The notes below the pieces were generated by a model that was not told the origin of the DNA, ran no database searches, and was given only the letters and a program-made list of their open reading frames with translations. From positions 39,680,001 to 39,744,000 of the forward strand of contig CM114271.1 of assembly GCA_050084515.1 (NCBI GenBank): DNA of 64,000 bases, read 5' to 3'. This document shows, piece by piece, positions 1 through 14,295 of the stretch. A program made the position numbers and the translations under genes. The stretch comes from Blasia pusilla (lineage: Eukaryota). Within the stretch, counting starts at the first letter, position 1. Every line of letters begins with the position of its first letter.

Positions 1-62
1 TTTGCAGTCAAATCGATACCGAGATTTGTAATTACTCATCCATTTGCGGATACTCTGAGCAG

Positions 63-705
63 GCTTAACAACAGGAAAGCAAGATTAGCTCGGATTGCCA
101 GAGAAGAACGAGCTGCGGATGGTGATCCACGAGGTGAGAACTCTCGGCATACCAGGTCTGCTCAGGGACCTTTGGGGGAACTATTACATGATATAGCTGT
201 AACTCCTCCGGCCTCTCCTGATGGTACTAGAAGTGGAGATGGTAGTTACAAGGACTCAGGAGCTAAGTGCGCAAGCAAATCAGCCCGATCTGTCAGCCAG
301 AGGGATGCACATGGAGATACTGGATCAACTCCAGAATCTGCTAGTACGGAGTCTGCACAAATGCTTGTGGTTGATACACAGGATCCGAGAACTGTTTCAT
401 CATGTGACACAGCAGGAAAGTTTAATTTAGGTGAGTATGTTTCTCTTAGAGATCTTGAAGGGAAGGAAGCTGCTTTAGGATTTATCTGTCAAGTTGATGG
501 AGCATGGCAGGGTAGGACGCTTGAAGAGCAGAATCTATGTGTAGTACAGGTTACCGAATTCAAAGTGGATAAAACAACAAAGTTGCCCTATCCTTCCAAC
601 TTGACAGGGACATCCTTTGAGGAGGCAGAGACATTACTCGGAAAAATCAGGGTTGCTTGGCACAAAGACAAGTTGGAGAAGGTTCATGAAAGCAGCAGTA
701 AGTAG
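63..705 (+). CDS. NDX: Last coding exon of a Nodulin homeobox (NDX)-like protein; the gene begins upstream of the window
   Basis: AG acceptor at 61-62, then (W)LNNRKARLARIARE (homeodomain helix 3), in frame with ORF 172-705. The C-terminus GxWxGxxLEExxxCVVxV...LPYPSxxTGTSFEEAETLLGKIRVAW matches the C-terminal domain of plant NDX proteins as I recall it. TAG at 703-705. Confidence 0.8.
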
Positions 706-2399
706 CATGCAGAATAACTGAGAATTTTAGGCTGGTTTTGCTATGCAGCACAACCATGTATTATTCTATTTGACTTTGAAATGGAAGAAAAAGCGGAGAT
801 GGAGAAACTTCAATGCTTTCGTTCTTTAAGGAGTTCCATGTCGAGTCCTGTTTCTTTCCTTGGCTTCTTTGCCTACTGTTTTGTTGGTAACAGCTGCAAA
901 GAAGTCTTCAACAGTTCCAAACTGCGCTTTGCCCGAGTGGAAAACGGGGTAGAAAATGGCTGCTTCATGAGTGCCTGGGGCTCAGTCTAAGTGTCCCCTA
1001 TTACTCTCTTCTCGATGGGAAAACTGAGAAAGAAATGCCCCTTCATGAATGCCTCAGTGGTTCCTCAACTGAGAACAGGGGAGGAAGATGGTGGAGCGTT
1101 AGTGACACTCTGTACACTTCTGGATCGGACTCCACACCAAATATCCCTGCGAATTATGCACACTGGATGATTGGGTTCTTTGAATGTTGCAAGTAGCTGC
1201 GGTTTCCAAGCATTTCAGACACAGGGGGATCAACAAAGTAGTAACGACGTATGGTGCTTGTCCAATACCAAGACTGAAGCAAATAAACTGGAGGAGACTA
1301 GTATACATGACGGATGGAACTGTGGATCTTACTGTACACGCATAATCTACTGCATACCAAGTTTTTCCTACCATAGGAGTTCACCACCTTAAGAGATAAA
1401 ATGCAGAAAAAATGGATACCGGGATTTACTTTGATTCATTTATTTAGTCGTTCACCCTTTACTTACATGAATTTTTTGGCTGTTGTATTAGTTCTATTCA
1501 CATACATAACCTGCATAAAGATACCGATAGGTGTCAAATGAAGAAGTTTAGATGCTACAAAAGTTCCCTTGATAGAAATAAAGTGGGACACATAATTAGA
1601 CTATTGAGGAAAGATAGCTAAAGTAAACATCTCATTACACATGATTAGTATGTGGTTTTCCCTTTAATTTAATTATTTTTTATGACATCCCTTAATAATA
1701 GAAGGACTTCAAGAGGACAGGTGTCAAACGCTTGAGGAGGGTTTCTTTTAACTCCATCTTTTTTTAATTATATAGGTAATGGAATATTAAAGAAATATTT
1801 AAGTAACACTGATAAAAAAATGTTTCAAAAGTTTAGGTAGCGTGGGTGAGACTATGATGGTCTATAGAACATTTTAGGTGCCATGTAAGTTAGTGGAAAG
1901 ATACAAACATGCATGACCTTCCTTAACTACCATATGAACTATGTCTTATACACCACAAGTAAATCCACTTGAGTTTTAAATTCTTTTCAATGGCTCAAAA
2001 ATGGTTGGGAAAAGGGATAAATGGAAGGATTGAGATTCACAAGGAGTTAAATGAGGTTAATTAGGATTTAGAATTTCCTCAAAGGAGGACATGAGACGTG
2101 GATTCTAAAAACAAATGGAAGAAAATGTTTTCCAAAGGAGGGGAAAGAAGGAAGTATTTCTCCAAATTGATTGGATGGAGTTAAGGATTTTTCAAATGGA
2201 AATGGGGGATGTGGAGTGGGAATCTAGAAAGGGGAGTGGGAAAATGAAATTGATATTTTTCCAAAATGATACACTCAATCATTTGGTTCATAATCATGGA
2301 AGAACATATGGTTTTTTGAAAGAAGTCCACGGGCATTTGAGGACCGGGAAGTTGATTCCAAGCCATGATTCCCCAATTGATTTCTCACTTTGGGAATGA

Positions 2400-4170
2400 A
2401 TCGGAATGCTATGTTTGTGAATTTTTCGGGAAAGGTAGAAAGCAACATAGCTTTAAATATTTTTAGTAAATTGAAAAGATTATCAAGTTTTAGCCAAAAT
2501 GAATGCCCCTTCTTTGGCTATCAATTCAAATTAAAAATCTCAACCTCAATTCTCATTAAAAATGTTCGACAACTTTGATGGCATGTTCTCCAAATGATCT
2601 CGGAAAGTTTCCAATTTGGGATATATGGAATTTCTGGAAACTTGGTAGAAAGGTAAAATCCAAAAGAATAGGAAGCTTCCTTAAAACTTGTTAGGAAGAT
2701 GCAATACGTTAAGTATTAACGTATTACACCTTCCTAACAAGTTTCAAGGAAGGGGAGTGGTCTACTAAGTTTCAGTCCAAATTGATGTTTTTAGTTCAAG
2801 TGAAAAATCTCAACATTGCTTTTCGTGGAAAGGTATGATCTTGCGTGTCTGAAATGAACAGGTAATTTTAGACTTTGAGAGTATAACTACATTCCCTGGA
2901 ATTTCTTAGGAAGGTATGATATACTAAAATGAAAAACTCTACCAATTTTCAGCCAAAATGAATTCAAATGAAAAATCTCTATCACATTTTTCATTTTAAG
3001 GTGTGATCATGCATCTTTCAAATGCATCAACCTTGGGATTTTGGAGTTTTGGGTGTACAATCATCTTCCCTGAAAATTTGCAAGAAGGTTTTATATATGA
3101 AAAAAAAAGCTTGGACCAAGTTCAAGCCCAAGTAGATTTTTTCATTGAAGTGAACAATATAAACCTTATTTTTAATTACAAGGTTTGATCAAGGGTGCTA
3201 AAAATGACCTTAGGACTTTCCGAGTTTTGGGTGTATGGTCATCTCCACTAAGACTTTTTGGGAAGGTTTGATATGAGAAAATGGATACTTATATCAAGTT
3301 TAAACCCAAGTACTAGTGGATTTTTTTGGTTGAAGTGAAAGTCTCAACCACATCTTTTATTAAAAGGTTTGAGTGCGTGTGCTCATAACGACCTTGCAAA
3401 TTATGGACTTTAGAGTGTATGGTCATATTCTTAGAAAATTTGTTGGGAAGTATCATGTATGATATAAGAATGTAATGGTCTACCAACTTCCAAATCAAAT
3501 GGGTTTTTTGGTTGAGTTCAAAAATATCAACTTTATTTTTTGTTGTAAGTAGTGATCTCGCGTGCTTTGAATGATCTTGGGACTTTTGGGTGCATGGTCA
3601 TCTTCCCTAAAAAATTTAAGAAAGCTTTGATAAAAGAAAATTGTTATGTTTTCCAAGTTTAATCCCAAGTGGATATGGTAAATTCAAGTGAAGGATCTGA
3701 ACCTCATTTTTATTTGCACGTTTGATTGCATACGCTCATGACGACCTTGCAAAATTTGGACTTTCAGGTATATGATAATCTTCCCAAAATAAAATTTAGA
3801 AGGTATAACACAATCAAATGGTTTATAATACTAAGTTTGAGCCTAAGTAGATGTTTTTGGTTTGAGTCACAAATTTTGAACTTATTTATAATAAAAAGGT
3901 CTAATCACGCGTGCTCAAAATTAACTTGGGATTTTGGGGACATAATTGTGAGTGTGTGGTTATTTTCCCTAAGAATTCATAGGAAGGTTTGATATAATAA
4001 AATTGACACTTATATAGAATTTTAGAGCAATTAGATATTTTCAGATAAATTCAACCTCATTCTTCTAGTTTGTTGATTGTGTGTGCTTTGAATAACCTTA
4101 CAATTTTTGGAGTCTTGGGTGAATGTGAATATGCCATGAAACTTTCTAAGAAGGTTTGATACAATTACCT
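2400..4170. repeat. Degenerate tandem repeat, about 180-bp units
   Basis: A motif like ggtcatcttccc...ggaaggtttgatat recurs at about 2888, 3061, 3239, 3421, 3598, 3776, 3959 and 4130 (spacing about 172-183 bp), together with recurring aaaatctcaac and tttagtccaa-like submotifs. Confidence 0.75.
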
Positions 4171-7100
4171 CTTTGGGAACTAAGCGGAAAAGAACCTCTT
4201 TGATATGATGTTTTAAATGAAGAAAAGTAAATTAGGGGAAAGTAGTTAATGGAGGTCCTTTGTGCATTGAAAAAGAAAAGATACTTGACAAGTTGACTAT
4301 GAGATCTTGGCCACCATTTAGAAGCATACACACAAGTAAGGTTGCATGTGGACAAAGTTTGTGTCCGCATACATGTCCATATCTGTGGACTTGCGTTCGT
4401 CCTATGGAAGGACTTGTCGTCCATATGGGCCCCACCTTCTCCTTCTTTCTCATTCCCTCCACTTGCCTTCGTGTTCCATATTACCCCATTTTTTTCCTCC
4501 CTCCACCTCCACTCCCTCCCCCCTTATTGTCCCACTTGCCCTTGCCCCGCCTTCCATCATGAACTGTAAGTGTGGATCTCACCTCTTGCAATCCATGTCC
4601 CTAGACGTGTTCAAACTTTTCCGTTCGTGTCCGTTTTAGGGAAGAACTTGTTCATTTTTGGTGCAACCATGCATTCAAGATAGTATCTTCATTGTTACAA
4701 TCATATGAAGAGGCCACTTTTAAAAAAAAGTAATTTAAATTGGTACAAAATTTGATATATGCTTTTGACTCTTCAGAAAAATATAGCACTAGTTCAAATG
4801 TCTGACCATGTCTCCCCCTAACTCTAGTCAATGACCAATGGAATCCTCATTGAAGCATTTTCTTAAGCTCCTTGTCAGATTTTGCATCTTCTTCTTCTCC
4901 TCAAGTTATCCACATAGGGTCGGCAGAAAACATCTCCTATTCTCTCCCAAAATCCTATGAGTTCATCATGTATTTGACGAAGGTATCAATGTCACCACGG
5001 ATAGTAGGATACCCCCTTCTAAACTTAAGGAAATATCTTGGCTTAAGAAGTGGGTAAAATCAATTCAAGCCTCCTCAAGACTTGGTCATCCACCAATGTA
5101 TTTCTTGTATTTTTGAAGATAAGTTGTTGCATTATATTTATGGCATCCCTCACTTGATCTAGGTTTAAGACTTGCTTTGTAGAAAAGATCTCCGCTTCTT
5201 GAGTTTGAAGATATTTTTGTATCATGTGATTGAGATCACCACAATCATACATTTTGATGTAGTAGAGAAACCACCATTGCATTGCCCTACTAATTCTCCT
5301 TTGGTGGGGAATTTCTTTAAACACTATCCCGTCGACTATCACTCCTTTCAACATAGTCGGACGGAGGGCTCGCAAATAATATGTGAAGTTTTCATTCTTA
5401 TGCAACTCCTTTTTGTATGAAGTTGGGAAATTTGTGTGTGGTGTACTTGTGACCATTCCATTCACTGCATAGAGTGGAATGTCAAACAAATGGTGAGTGT
5501 ATTTGATCAAGGTTTTGATTGTATTTACAAGTTGGGCACATGTGGAACAACCACGTGCACACATTCTCTTGGAGACCATGGGGATGCTTATGGAGACGGG
5601 TGGAGAATCCCCATTTCCCCACCCTTCTCCATACGGCATCTACCATTTACCAGAGTGCATAAAAGATACTAGTAGGGACCATTCCATTGTCCCTTACGCC
5701 CTGTTACTTGAATGCCCCCTCCTCCTACCATGATTCACAAAACACATTCTCACAAAGATAGATAGATAGATTTACAAAGAACTAAAAAAGTCATATTTTT
5801 AAAACCAATCGTACAAATTAAACCGAAATAGCATACCGATTAATATAACATAGATTTCCGACAGAGCAAGCGTCGACGTCTTGCGCCGTCGGTGAGCGCG
5901 CGTTGCGTCGCGGGTGATCTCGGAAAGAAGCGCTCGTTCGTTAGAGTGCGGGACAAGGGAGAGGCAGAGCAGAGATGATGATCGACGGGGGATACGAGAT
6001 CGGGGCAGTCCGGACTCCGGAGTCGCCGACATGATGAGAAGAGCGATCCCGACCGCTGCCACTCACTGCTCTGCACCGGTCACGCGGGCTAATTACGGTA
6101 AGGGGTAGGCGGTACCGGAAGGTACGAGGACAGGTTGGTTCTGAAGCGCGTAGAAAGCTGGAGACTCGGGTCGCAGCGACTGCGAAGCAGTGCGAACGGA
6201 TCTCTCTCTCTCTCTCTCTCTGTGAGTCTGTCCTGTCTGTTCGGTCCGTCTCCAACTCTCGACAATCGCCGGCACGAGCTCGACGGTACTGTACTGTACT
6301 GTGCGCTGCGCTGCGCCACCGTACTGCAGTAATAGGAACATTCTTCGAATTCCTGCGCGCGGGGTTATGTCGCTAATGATTGAGGAGCCTGAGCTCCTCC
6401 CGCATTGTATCGCGAAATCAATCTCGAATCTCCGCTTCACGTGCAATCCAGACTGTCAGATAGTGCGCTTGAGAGATTGGACAGGACGTGGACGGAGAGA
6501 GAGAGAGAGAGACTCACAGAGGACGGTACTCGTAAAGTAGAGACAGAGTCAGCCGCCCCTCCCACTCCTCTCCTCTACGGGTACCGGACTCTGGCGAGGG
6601 AAGGAATCGAGCGATCTCCACTTCAGGACTTGCGGTGGAAGCAACTCGACCTCTACGAAGTTTTGTCCAATCGGAAACGGTGATTCCGGATTTTGAACCG
6701 GTTTTGAGATACGAAATACAAAGGACAAATTCGTAGGCAACTTTTAAATCAATCGGCAGTTCTAAAAATTCCACTGGCTCGCAATACTCGTAAGCCCGGA
6801 TCTCCCCGAGCGTTGCTACGGGTCTGTGGCCAGGCCATCCCAAGAGGAAAGTAGAGGAAAACACGACCATCTTAAATCTTCGATTGAATAATGAAAAGGT
6901 CGTAGCTTCGCTTCGGTCGGTTCCCTACTTACACGACACTGACGGCACGGAAAAAGCGGGAGCCACACACTCAGAGTTCAGACTCTAGAACTACAGGATG
7001 GTGTTTGTCCGACCGTACTACTTGAGTTCCTTTCGGCACTTACCACTTAGATGGGGGAGTCCTTCTCCGACTTTCCCTTTTCGATGGACGTTGTCTTCCA

Positions 7101-9354
7101 GTGTGGACAAGAACCAAAACAGAGGAAACGAGACGCGACGAGTACGAACGAGACGACGGGTGCCTTACCGACTGTTTTTCGAGGGGACCCGGAACTAGTG
7201 CATGTCCACGCAGAATTGCAACTTTCGTCCTTTTCGCAATTTTCATGTTACGTTTGTGACGGACGAGATCAGCGGGGCATTGTTCCTGCAATCGCGGCGA
7301 GGGTTCACTCACCCCCGGGGGTATTTGATTACAATATTCTCTTGAACTGTACTTTTCTCGTCGGCCTCCCATTTCGGAGTTCCATTTTCAATGTGTTTTT
7401 CCCGGTGTGGGCATACTTCAGCCCAGTGCTTTATCTCATGTTGTTTACTCGATAATGTAAACGTCGAGTTCGGTAAAACCATCGGCTCCCATGGAGACTT
7501 CCCGGCCTCCTTGCATTTACTTTAAGCTCCGCTGTTCCTTGAAAAATTTCGTGAATGAAAGAGTCTCCTCCAGCTTCGAGAATCTGTAGAGAAGACGCGG
7601 ATTTCATTCTCTCTATTTCGACTCATGAAACCATCTGACCTCGTGTACAGACTTCTGTCTTACAAAGCTTCGACCGTGAACGCTGGACTCCCGGACAGAC
7701 AGGTGATCTTGCCAGACCGTCCAAACGATGGTCCATTCTCGGGTATAATAGCTCGTACGTTGTGTAGATGTTCCTCATCAATTCTGTGAGGTTTGTGTTC
7801 AGATCGGATAGAGCATGATAATCTCATTGCATGAAATCATATTCACTTCGAGAATATATCGAACTCTGAATTCGAGAGCGCGCCTCCTTGGATATATCGT
7901 ACCAGACAGACAATCTGACAGCGTCTCGCCCGCTCTACATTTGCTCCCTAATCGCTCGACTGATTCGTATTAGTGCTTCGAATTCGTCGGCGTCGACTGT
8001 ATATTTTTTAACTCATGGCCTCGATCACATGCTGTCTTCAGATCCTTCATAGTTTTCCCGGAATATCTGGGATCTTTCACATTTCCTCCGTCGTACGTGT
8101 TCTGGCCTGTAGCTACCTCCGTAGTTGAATGAGTCGTTAGATCGTGATCCTCGACTCACCCAACGCAAGTTTTTGAAACATGTCTATAGCACCATGCCTT
8201 CAACATTTTAATGAAATTGATGAGATCTTTCGCTTACATCAGTCACCTTGAATTGAATTGCCCTGGTACGTGAAACTCAATCCATGTCGCGGACAGGCAT
8301 TCATGTGTGCGGAAATTCAATCGATCTTGACATCATTAGCGAAGAGTTTCACAGAGTGGTTTGAAGAGTAGAACGTCTCTTGGTTGTGGGGTCATTAATG
8401 GATCAAAGTAGAGGTGACGAGCTGTTCTTCACAAGGGAGTGCTCATGGAAAGGAAAATAAGGCGCTTGCAACCTCAAGCACTTCATTCCATCAGGAAGGA
8501 GAAGTGACTGAGAGAGCGAGCGCCTCGATCGACGAAACATCGAAAACTTAGTACAATTATATCTATGGTCTTTCAATTTGAAGGATCCCCAGCACTGGAT
8601 GGTCTTGCCATGGGGATCGATCGCCTCACCATCAGCTATTTCCGTGCTGCTGCTGCTACTGCTGCTGGCTGGTACGTCCGCACGGGCCAATGACCAGCCA
8701 GAAGCACATGGCATTGCACTGATCTCTATAAGACTGAACTACTTTTGAAATGCACTGACATGTTGCCTCTTCTTTAATGGTATTTCACATTAGTACACAA
8801 GTTTCATTTCATGACCAAGACGCATGAAACTACGTACGCTGCTGCAGCAGCTAGACCTAATCTAACGATCGAGGATTTCATGATCAGTTCGGCTATGTTA
8901 TCTAGAATTAGGGTGAGCACTGCTGCAGGCACCTCGATCCATCTGTGGACTTAAGCTACATGTACGATAGATCGAGTTGTCCAAGGATTATAGTTATGAG
9001 CCCGAGGAAAGTCCTGCTGCAGGTTTGTTTCTCGACGACTTCCACATATGGCCGGGATCGATCGAGCGCTCATCAATGTTTTGTCCACGCCTGCGTGTAT
9101 CGGTCTCCGGCTCTACGGAGCTCTCAACGCGACTTCAGGAGCTACTGCATAGATCTAATCAGCTCCCAGGACCGTCTGTATGTGACGGACGCGTGTGTGG
9201 GAAATTAGGTGATGCACTCGTGAGATCTTGAGACCGCGAAAAATGAATGTATGGGATATTTTGGAAGTTCCGTTTAACGATGTCGAGATCGTCCCCAACC
9301 TCCTCCTATTCGGGCCGGGCTGCAGACGTCCGGATCCACCACCAACCTGTACCC

Positions 9355-12300
9355 TCAGATAAGTGCTGCTACTTGGTCTGGATTTGAAGCTAAATGTAGA
9401 GCTTGAATCATCTCCTCCGTGGAAGAACTCAGTCCCGAACTGATCTGAAAAACAAACGGAACAACATGATCATGAATGAAACAGCCACCTACTAAACAAA
9501 GCTTCCATCCAAGTCGAGTGAAAAAGAAAAACGAAAAGAACCTACAAGTCGATCGAGTGAATTTATGCGATTGGAAATCCTCATGAATTCATAGCTTCTG
9601 TTATCTTGATACCGACGATCTGCCAGGTTTGCAAACACTTTCAAGGTCTTTGAGTGTCCTACAGCTTTAAATACACGTCTAGGCTAGGTAGGTAGTATCC
9701 GCAACTTCTACATGGATCTATACAGCGTCATGCAGAAACCTTGACAGACCCGAGCAGGTACGTACACATTCGCGGACACGTCCACTCGATAAGATCCGGA
9801 CGATCAAACCGGTACATGTGCATTCACTCATTCAAATTGTCCGTGCATACCCGGAAGTCGGGTTGGCAACAAACTAACTAAGAACAGGGGTTTATGCCCA
9901 GGGTATGTATGATCGGAGCAAGTTGCGTTTCTGGTACTACATCATGGACTTTGCGATCGATTTTTCCAGACTTGTGTCGACAGTTCAAGGAGCCGAGCAT
10001 ATCTGTCAAGAAGAGAATTAAGACTGCACAGTTGATGAATATCAAAATTTCTCGAGTGCCACGTGATGGATCCATGGATGGTCGATGTCTGGAAGTACAT
10101 CGGAAAGAAGCACTTTAGAACTCTGGGAAAAGCAGGGATTTGTGAGTGGATCTTTGCAGGATCTGGAGATGTAGAGATGTACATACATACCTGGACGGTT
10201 ATGAAATGAACGGAGTTCCGAGCCACAGTGGTGACATTGGATTGAAGAATCTCCACCTTGCATTCCTCCAGAGCCTGTAGAACCCGCAGAACGAGGCCTG
10301 GACTGCGCGCACAAACAATCTTGATAACGGCTTGCTCTCCCAAATGTTGCACGTCGACCTGTGATTTGCTAACGATCACAGGAAACTCTTTCCCTTTCGG
10401 TTTCTGCGAAACACAGAACCGCAAAAATGTAAGGAATCCTGCAAACTAGTTTGAATTGCCCACTTGTAAGAACCTTCCATCATCATGCATACTACTGTAG
10501 TTAGATAGTGGACATGACATGACAAATTCCGACTACCGAAACGGAGGATGAAAAAAGAACACCAGTTCTACATCGACCTATCCGACGACTGAAACGGAAA
10601 CGAAACGGAACGCCTGTTCTACATCTAGTAAGACCTAAATCCGTTGCCAGCCTAGATCATGCTTATTGGTCCAGAGAATCTGATCTTGCCGACGCTTTCG
10701 ACACACTCAAGCTTGCAAACCGCCCCATGCGAGAATTTGCAGCCAGCTCGCAACTTGGCCGAGCCATCTTTCAAATTAAAGCAAAGGATTTGTAGGAGCT
10801 CTGTGTTGCTTGAATGCTACCTGATTTGGATTTGTGCCGATCTCTACAGGTGCAGAATTCAACAAAAGACCAGCAGGAATATTTTTTACTTGAAGAGGAG
10901 TTCCAGAGGACTGCTTGAAGATACAGGGAGAGGTGACCTATATAACCCGTGAGTAGACTTCAGCGATCCTGGCCCTAGTAAAGTGGAAGTTCTTCGTGAT
11001 TTGCAGGGCTGTGGAGTACTACAAATTTGTAGTCAGCCCTTGAGGTGCTCCCAAAATTTTCAAGACTCCAACGGATAGTTTCAGACACGGACACGAAGTC
11101 ATAAACAAGCACCCGCTGATTATTTAGATCCTTGAGGGGTCTAATCAGCGGGGAGCTAGATCCATAAATGTGCGAGATCTGGACACGCATTGCTCACGTG
11201 TCCCAAAAACTTTGGTTGATTAGAGAGATCGAGAGAGCGGAATGTCGAATCATGTTACCTGGGGACTAGAATCTCCACTGAACTCCTCGGACGAACTAAT
11301 AGCAGCCTCCTCCCTTTCTTTGCACCGCTTTTGAAGACTGTCTTCAGATCTTGTACACACCGGGCCTTTCATTACCTCTGCAGCATAATCGGATGGCGCA
11401 CTGGGAGAACATGAGATAGGTCTATCACGGTCATCGACTATTGCCAACGAGGGCTTCCTTTTCAGAATTCTCAAGTAGCCTTGGCGACTAGTCTTGCAAG
11501 CTTGGAGGTGCTTCAAGGTCTTCTCCAGCTCCAACACATAGGCGATGGTGTCCCCTACGATGGATGCCTTGTCCTTCTGAATATACAAGTACACATTCAT
11601 GATCAACCAAGACCCAGCCCGGCACAGGTTACAACATTTCGACGTGTAGAATTCATACCAACGTGAACATGCATACATTCAAGTCCTAACTCTGGCTCCA
11701 TGGCAAAAGCTGCAGGCACATCCTTCAAGCTACACGATGTCATCGGAAGGTCCTCCATTTCTACATCTGCTGTCGCATCCTGAAAAGTTTGCGATACCTT
11801 GTTCCCAGATCTCAGCAGACTACAAGTTTAAGATCGAGCTTCGATCGAATCGGCGGTAGTCCGAAGCTCTCGATCGAAAGCGCGACCTGTGAAGTATAGT
11901 GAACTCGACAGTCTTGGGGCCGTATAATTCCAGGAGGCGACTTACGAACTATCACTGACTCGAGCGATAGATCATGCGGAACCGTCACGCTCAGCAGCTG
12001 TAGGGCATGCGCGTATACGTATTCCACATGCATGCATGTGTCCAAGTGCCAGACGTCGGCGAGAGAAAGAGCGATCTCGATCTCGACGTTAGGTCTGAGA
12101 CTTGTAAGACTCGCTACAGATCGATCGATCTCCGCTAGACAGACGTACGTATATATAGACTACAAAAGGTGAACGTGAAAGACAGACTTGCATACGTCCA
12201 TCAGACGAAGAACATTCTCAGTCGTCAAAGCTTTTGACAGAATTCGTGAAGAGACGCATCTTCGCTGCAGACATCGGATAGTGCGCAATGCGGATGGACG

Positions 12301-14295
12301 GATCTAAGGCTCTGGACAACGTAATTATAACTCGGCCATCAAATATACGCACGCGTTCTTGCGAGGAGGAGGCGAGGCTGGCAACTCCAAGAGTCCAAGC
12401 TTTCGACCTTAGGAGTACCACCGGACGGAGGTCCCAACTGATAGCAACAACTGCTTTGTGCTTGCACATGCTACATACATGTACTAGTACTTAGCTCAAG
12501 CTAGCTCTCCAAAGTTCTGATGTAGACAAACACAATAAGTACTCTCGATAAGTTTGGATTGTACGTGTCAATTGATCGACCGGTACCACTGGACCTGGAT
12601 GGGACTTCTTGAGCTGTGGCAACGAGGAAAAGTTCCGACCAAATGCGGATTCCGTATTGGCGGACTGGTGCTAGGTCGAGACTGGATGAATGATCGTCCT
12701 TCGGAGCATAGAGCCGGGGCCCGGGCCGCGAATAAATGATCATGGGTCCGCATGGCTTTAGATATCCAATCAAACACTTCACGGGATCGATTGTGTCCAA
12801 TCGACCACAGGCATCGTGTCTTGATCCTCAGAAATTAAATGCAGCAGCTCTGGAGACTTCAGAAGCGTCGTCCATCGGATTCCATCGTGGACGTCATACG
12901 ATTTAATGGCACTACATATGACCGGTAGATGTGCTTCTTCACACACCAAAACTTCTGGCAGCGTTTACAAGACTGGATAAGATCAACGTATTGTTGATTA
13001 TACGAACGTTCAACTCCGGAAGGACTGGGATCAAATTGGGTTTTGAATTGGATGACGATCAGCAGGCCTAGGCCCGGCCTGGAATTCCTCGACGCAGCCA
13101 AAATATCAAAGATTAGTGATTCAAATGCCAACGGACCCACGAAGACATCCAAAAAAACTGGTGAAGATATATGCATCCACGGGCTGGATGAAGGTAGGTC
13201 CCTCCCTAGCACACACATATCTGTATGTACATATGTGGCGAAGAGAATTTGAAGAAACAACTGGATGACTTCGGTGGGATCTAAGGAGAGGATCTCGAGC
13301 TCAGGAATTCATGAATTGGAATTCTGACAGCACTGACTGTGAACAAGGCTGGAATCGAAGGCACTGAGCGAGAGCTGGATATTGCGCGAAGTCTTCATTC
13401 TAAGAATTGACCTGGAATCTGTCAGAAGTGGCGGACATTGAGTGGGCCACGTCCGATGGGTGTGGGGGATATCGAAGACTCACGTACGTACCTTGGTAGC
13501 TTTGGGAATCATGGATCGCAAGGCCGAGAACTTTTCGTTCATCTCCTCTCTACGCTGGCGTTCGGCGAGGATATGATTTTCCCGTTGAAATTGAGTTCTA
13601 TGAGGGCTCCTTTCCGTGGCCAGAAGATGATCCGCTTGGCACAATGCTCTGTACGCCAAAATGTCCGGTTTGCTCTGAGAAGACGAGTTGTCGCCAACAA
13701 ACGGGGGGCGCTGGTGCCCGGGTACTCCCACGAGCAAAGAGCCGGGAGTCGTCGACTCTTCCCCCAAGTGCAGGAACATGGGAGGACCAGCGATGTTCTC
13801 CGAGTGGCTCTGCTGATGTGCCATGGTGTTGTTCCCGTACGCCATGAACTCGCGCAGCGCCTGGAGCTGGGGTGACGGATCGTGGGGTTTCGGGTACGGG
13901 GATAATTGGCTGCTGTCGATCCCATGGCCGGGGTGTTGCTGGATTACGTGATGCGTGGTGGAGTTGAAGAGTCCGTGTGCGACTCCCACTCCCAAGGAGT
14001 TGTCCGCAGCAACCCACAGGCTGGATTGCATCCCGGCGAGCTCGGCCGTCTGCAAGCTGTCGTCCTCTGCCTTCAAGAGTGTCGTGGAGTCGGTGTCCGC
14101 AACATTGCTCATCTGATCGGAACTGCGGAAGAACGGTGTGGAGTCGGACGCTGCGCCGAATCCTCCGCTGCCGAGGCGGCCCTGAAGAAGATCGAAGAGA
14201 TTTTCGTTCGAACTCGTGAACGACGAAGCTGAAGATAAGTTCCCATTGACCGTCACTTTGGTAGGAGGGGAGCTCAACCAAGCCAGCTCGGCCAT
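9355..14295 (-). CDS. bHLH transcription factor with C-terminal ACT-like domain, about 474 aa; exons 14295-13492, 11576-11259, 10403-10191, 9444-9355
   Basis: bHLH ENHILAERQRREEMNEKFSALRSMIPKATK|KDKASIVGDTIAYVLELEKTL is split by a GT-AG intron. ACT-like segment VDVQHLGEQAVIKIVCARSPGLVLRVLQALEECKVEILQSNV. All four exons have canonical splice sites and lengths divisible by 3. Start taken as the first in-frame ATG (MAELAWL); upstream exons are not excluded. Confidence 0.88.

Noticed and set aside
2400-4170. CRISPR-like interpretation of the periodic repeat
   Set aside because: Whole units are homologous with no unique spacers, the context is eukaryotic and there are no cas genes.
5799-7455. Cluster of overlapping short ORFs in GC-rich DNA with (TC)n/(GA)n tracts
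   Set aside because: No recognisable domain; low-complexity Arg/Ser-rich translations in all frames are expected by chance at this GC content.
13438-14281. Alternative-frame and antisense ORFs of up to 227 aa
   Set aside because: They are shadows of the GC-rich first exon of the bHLH gene.
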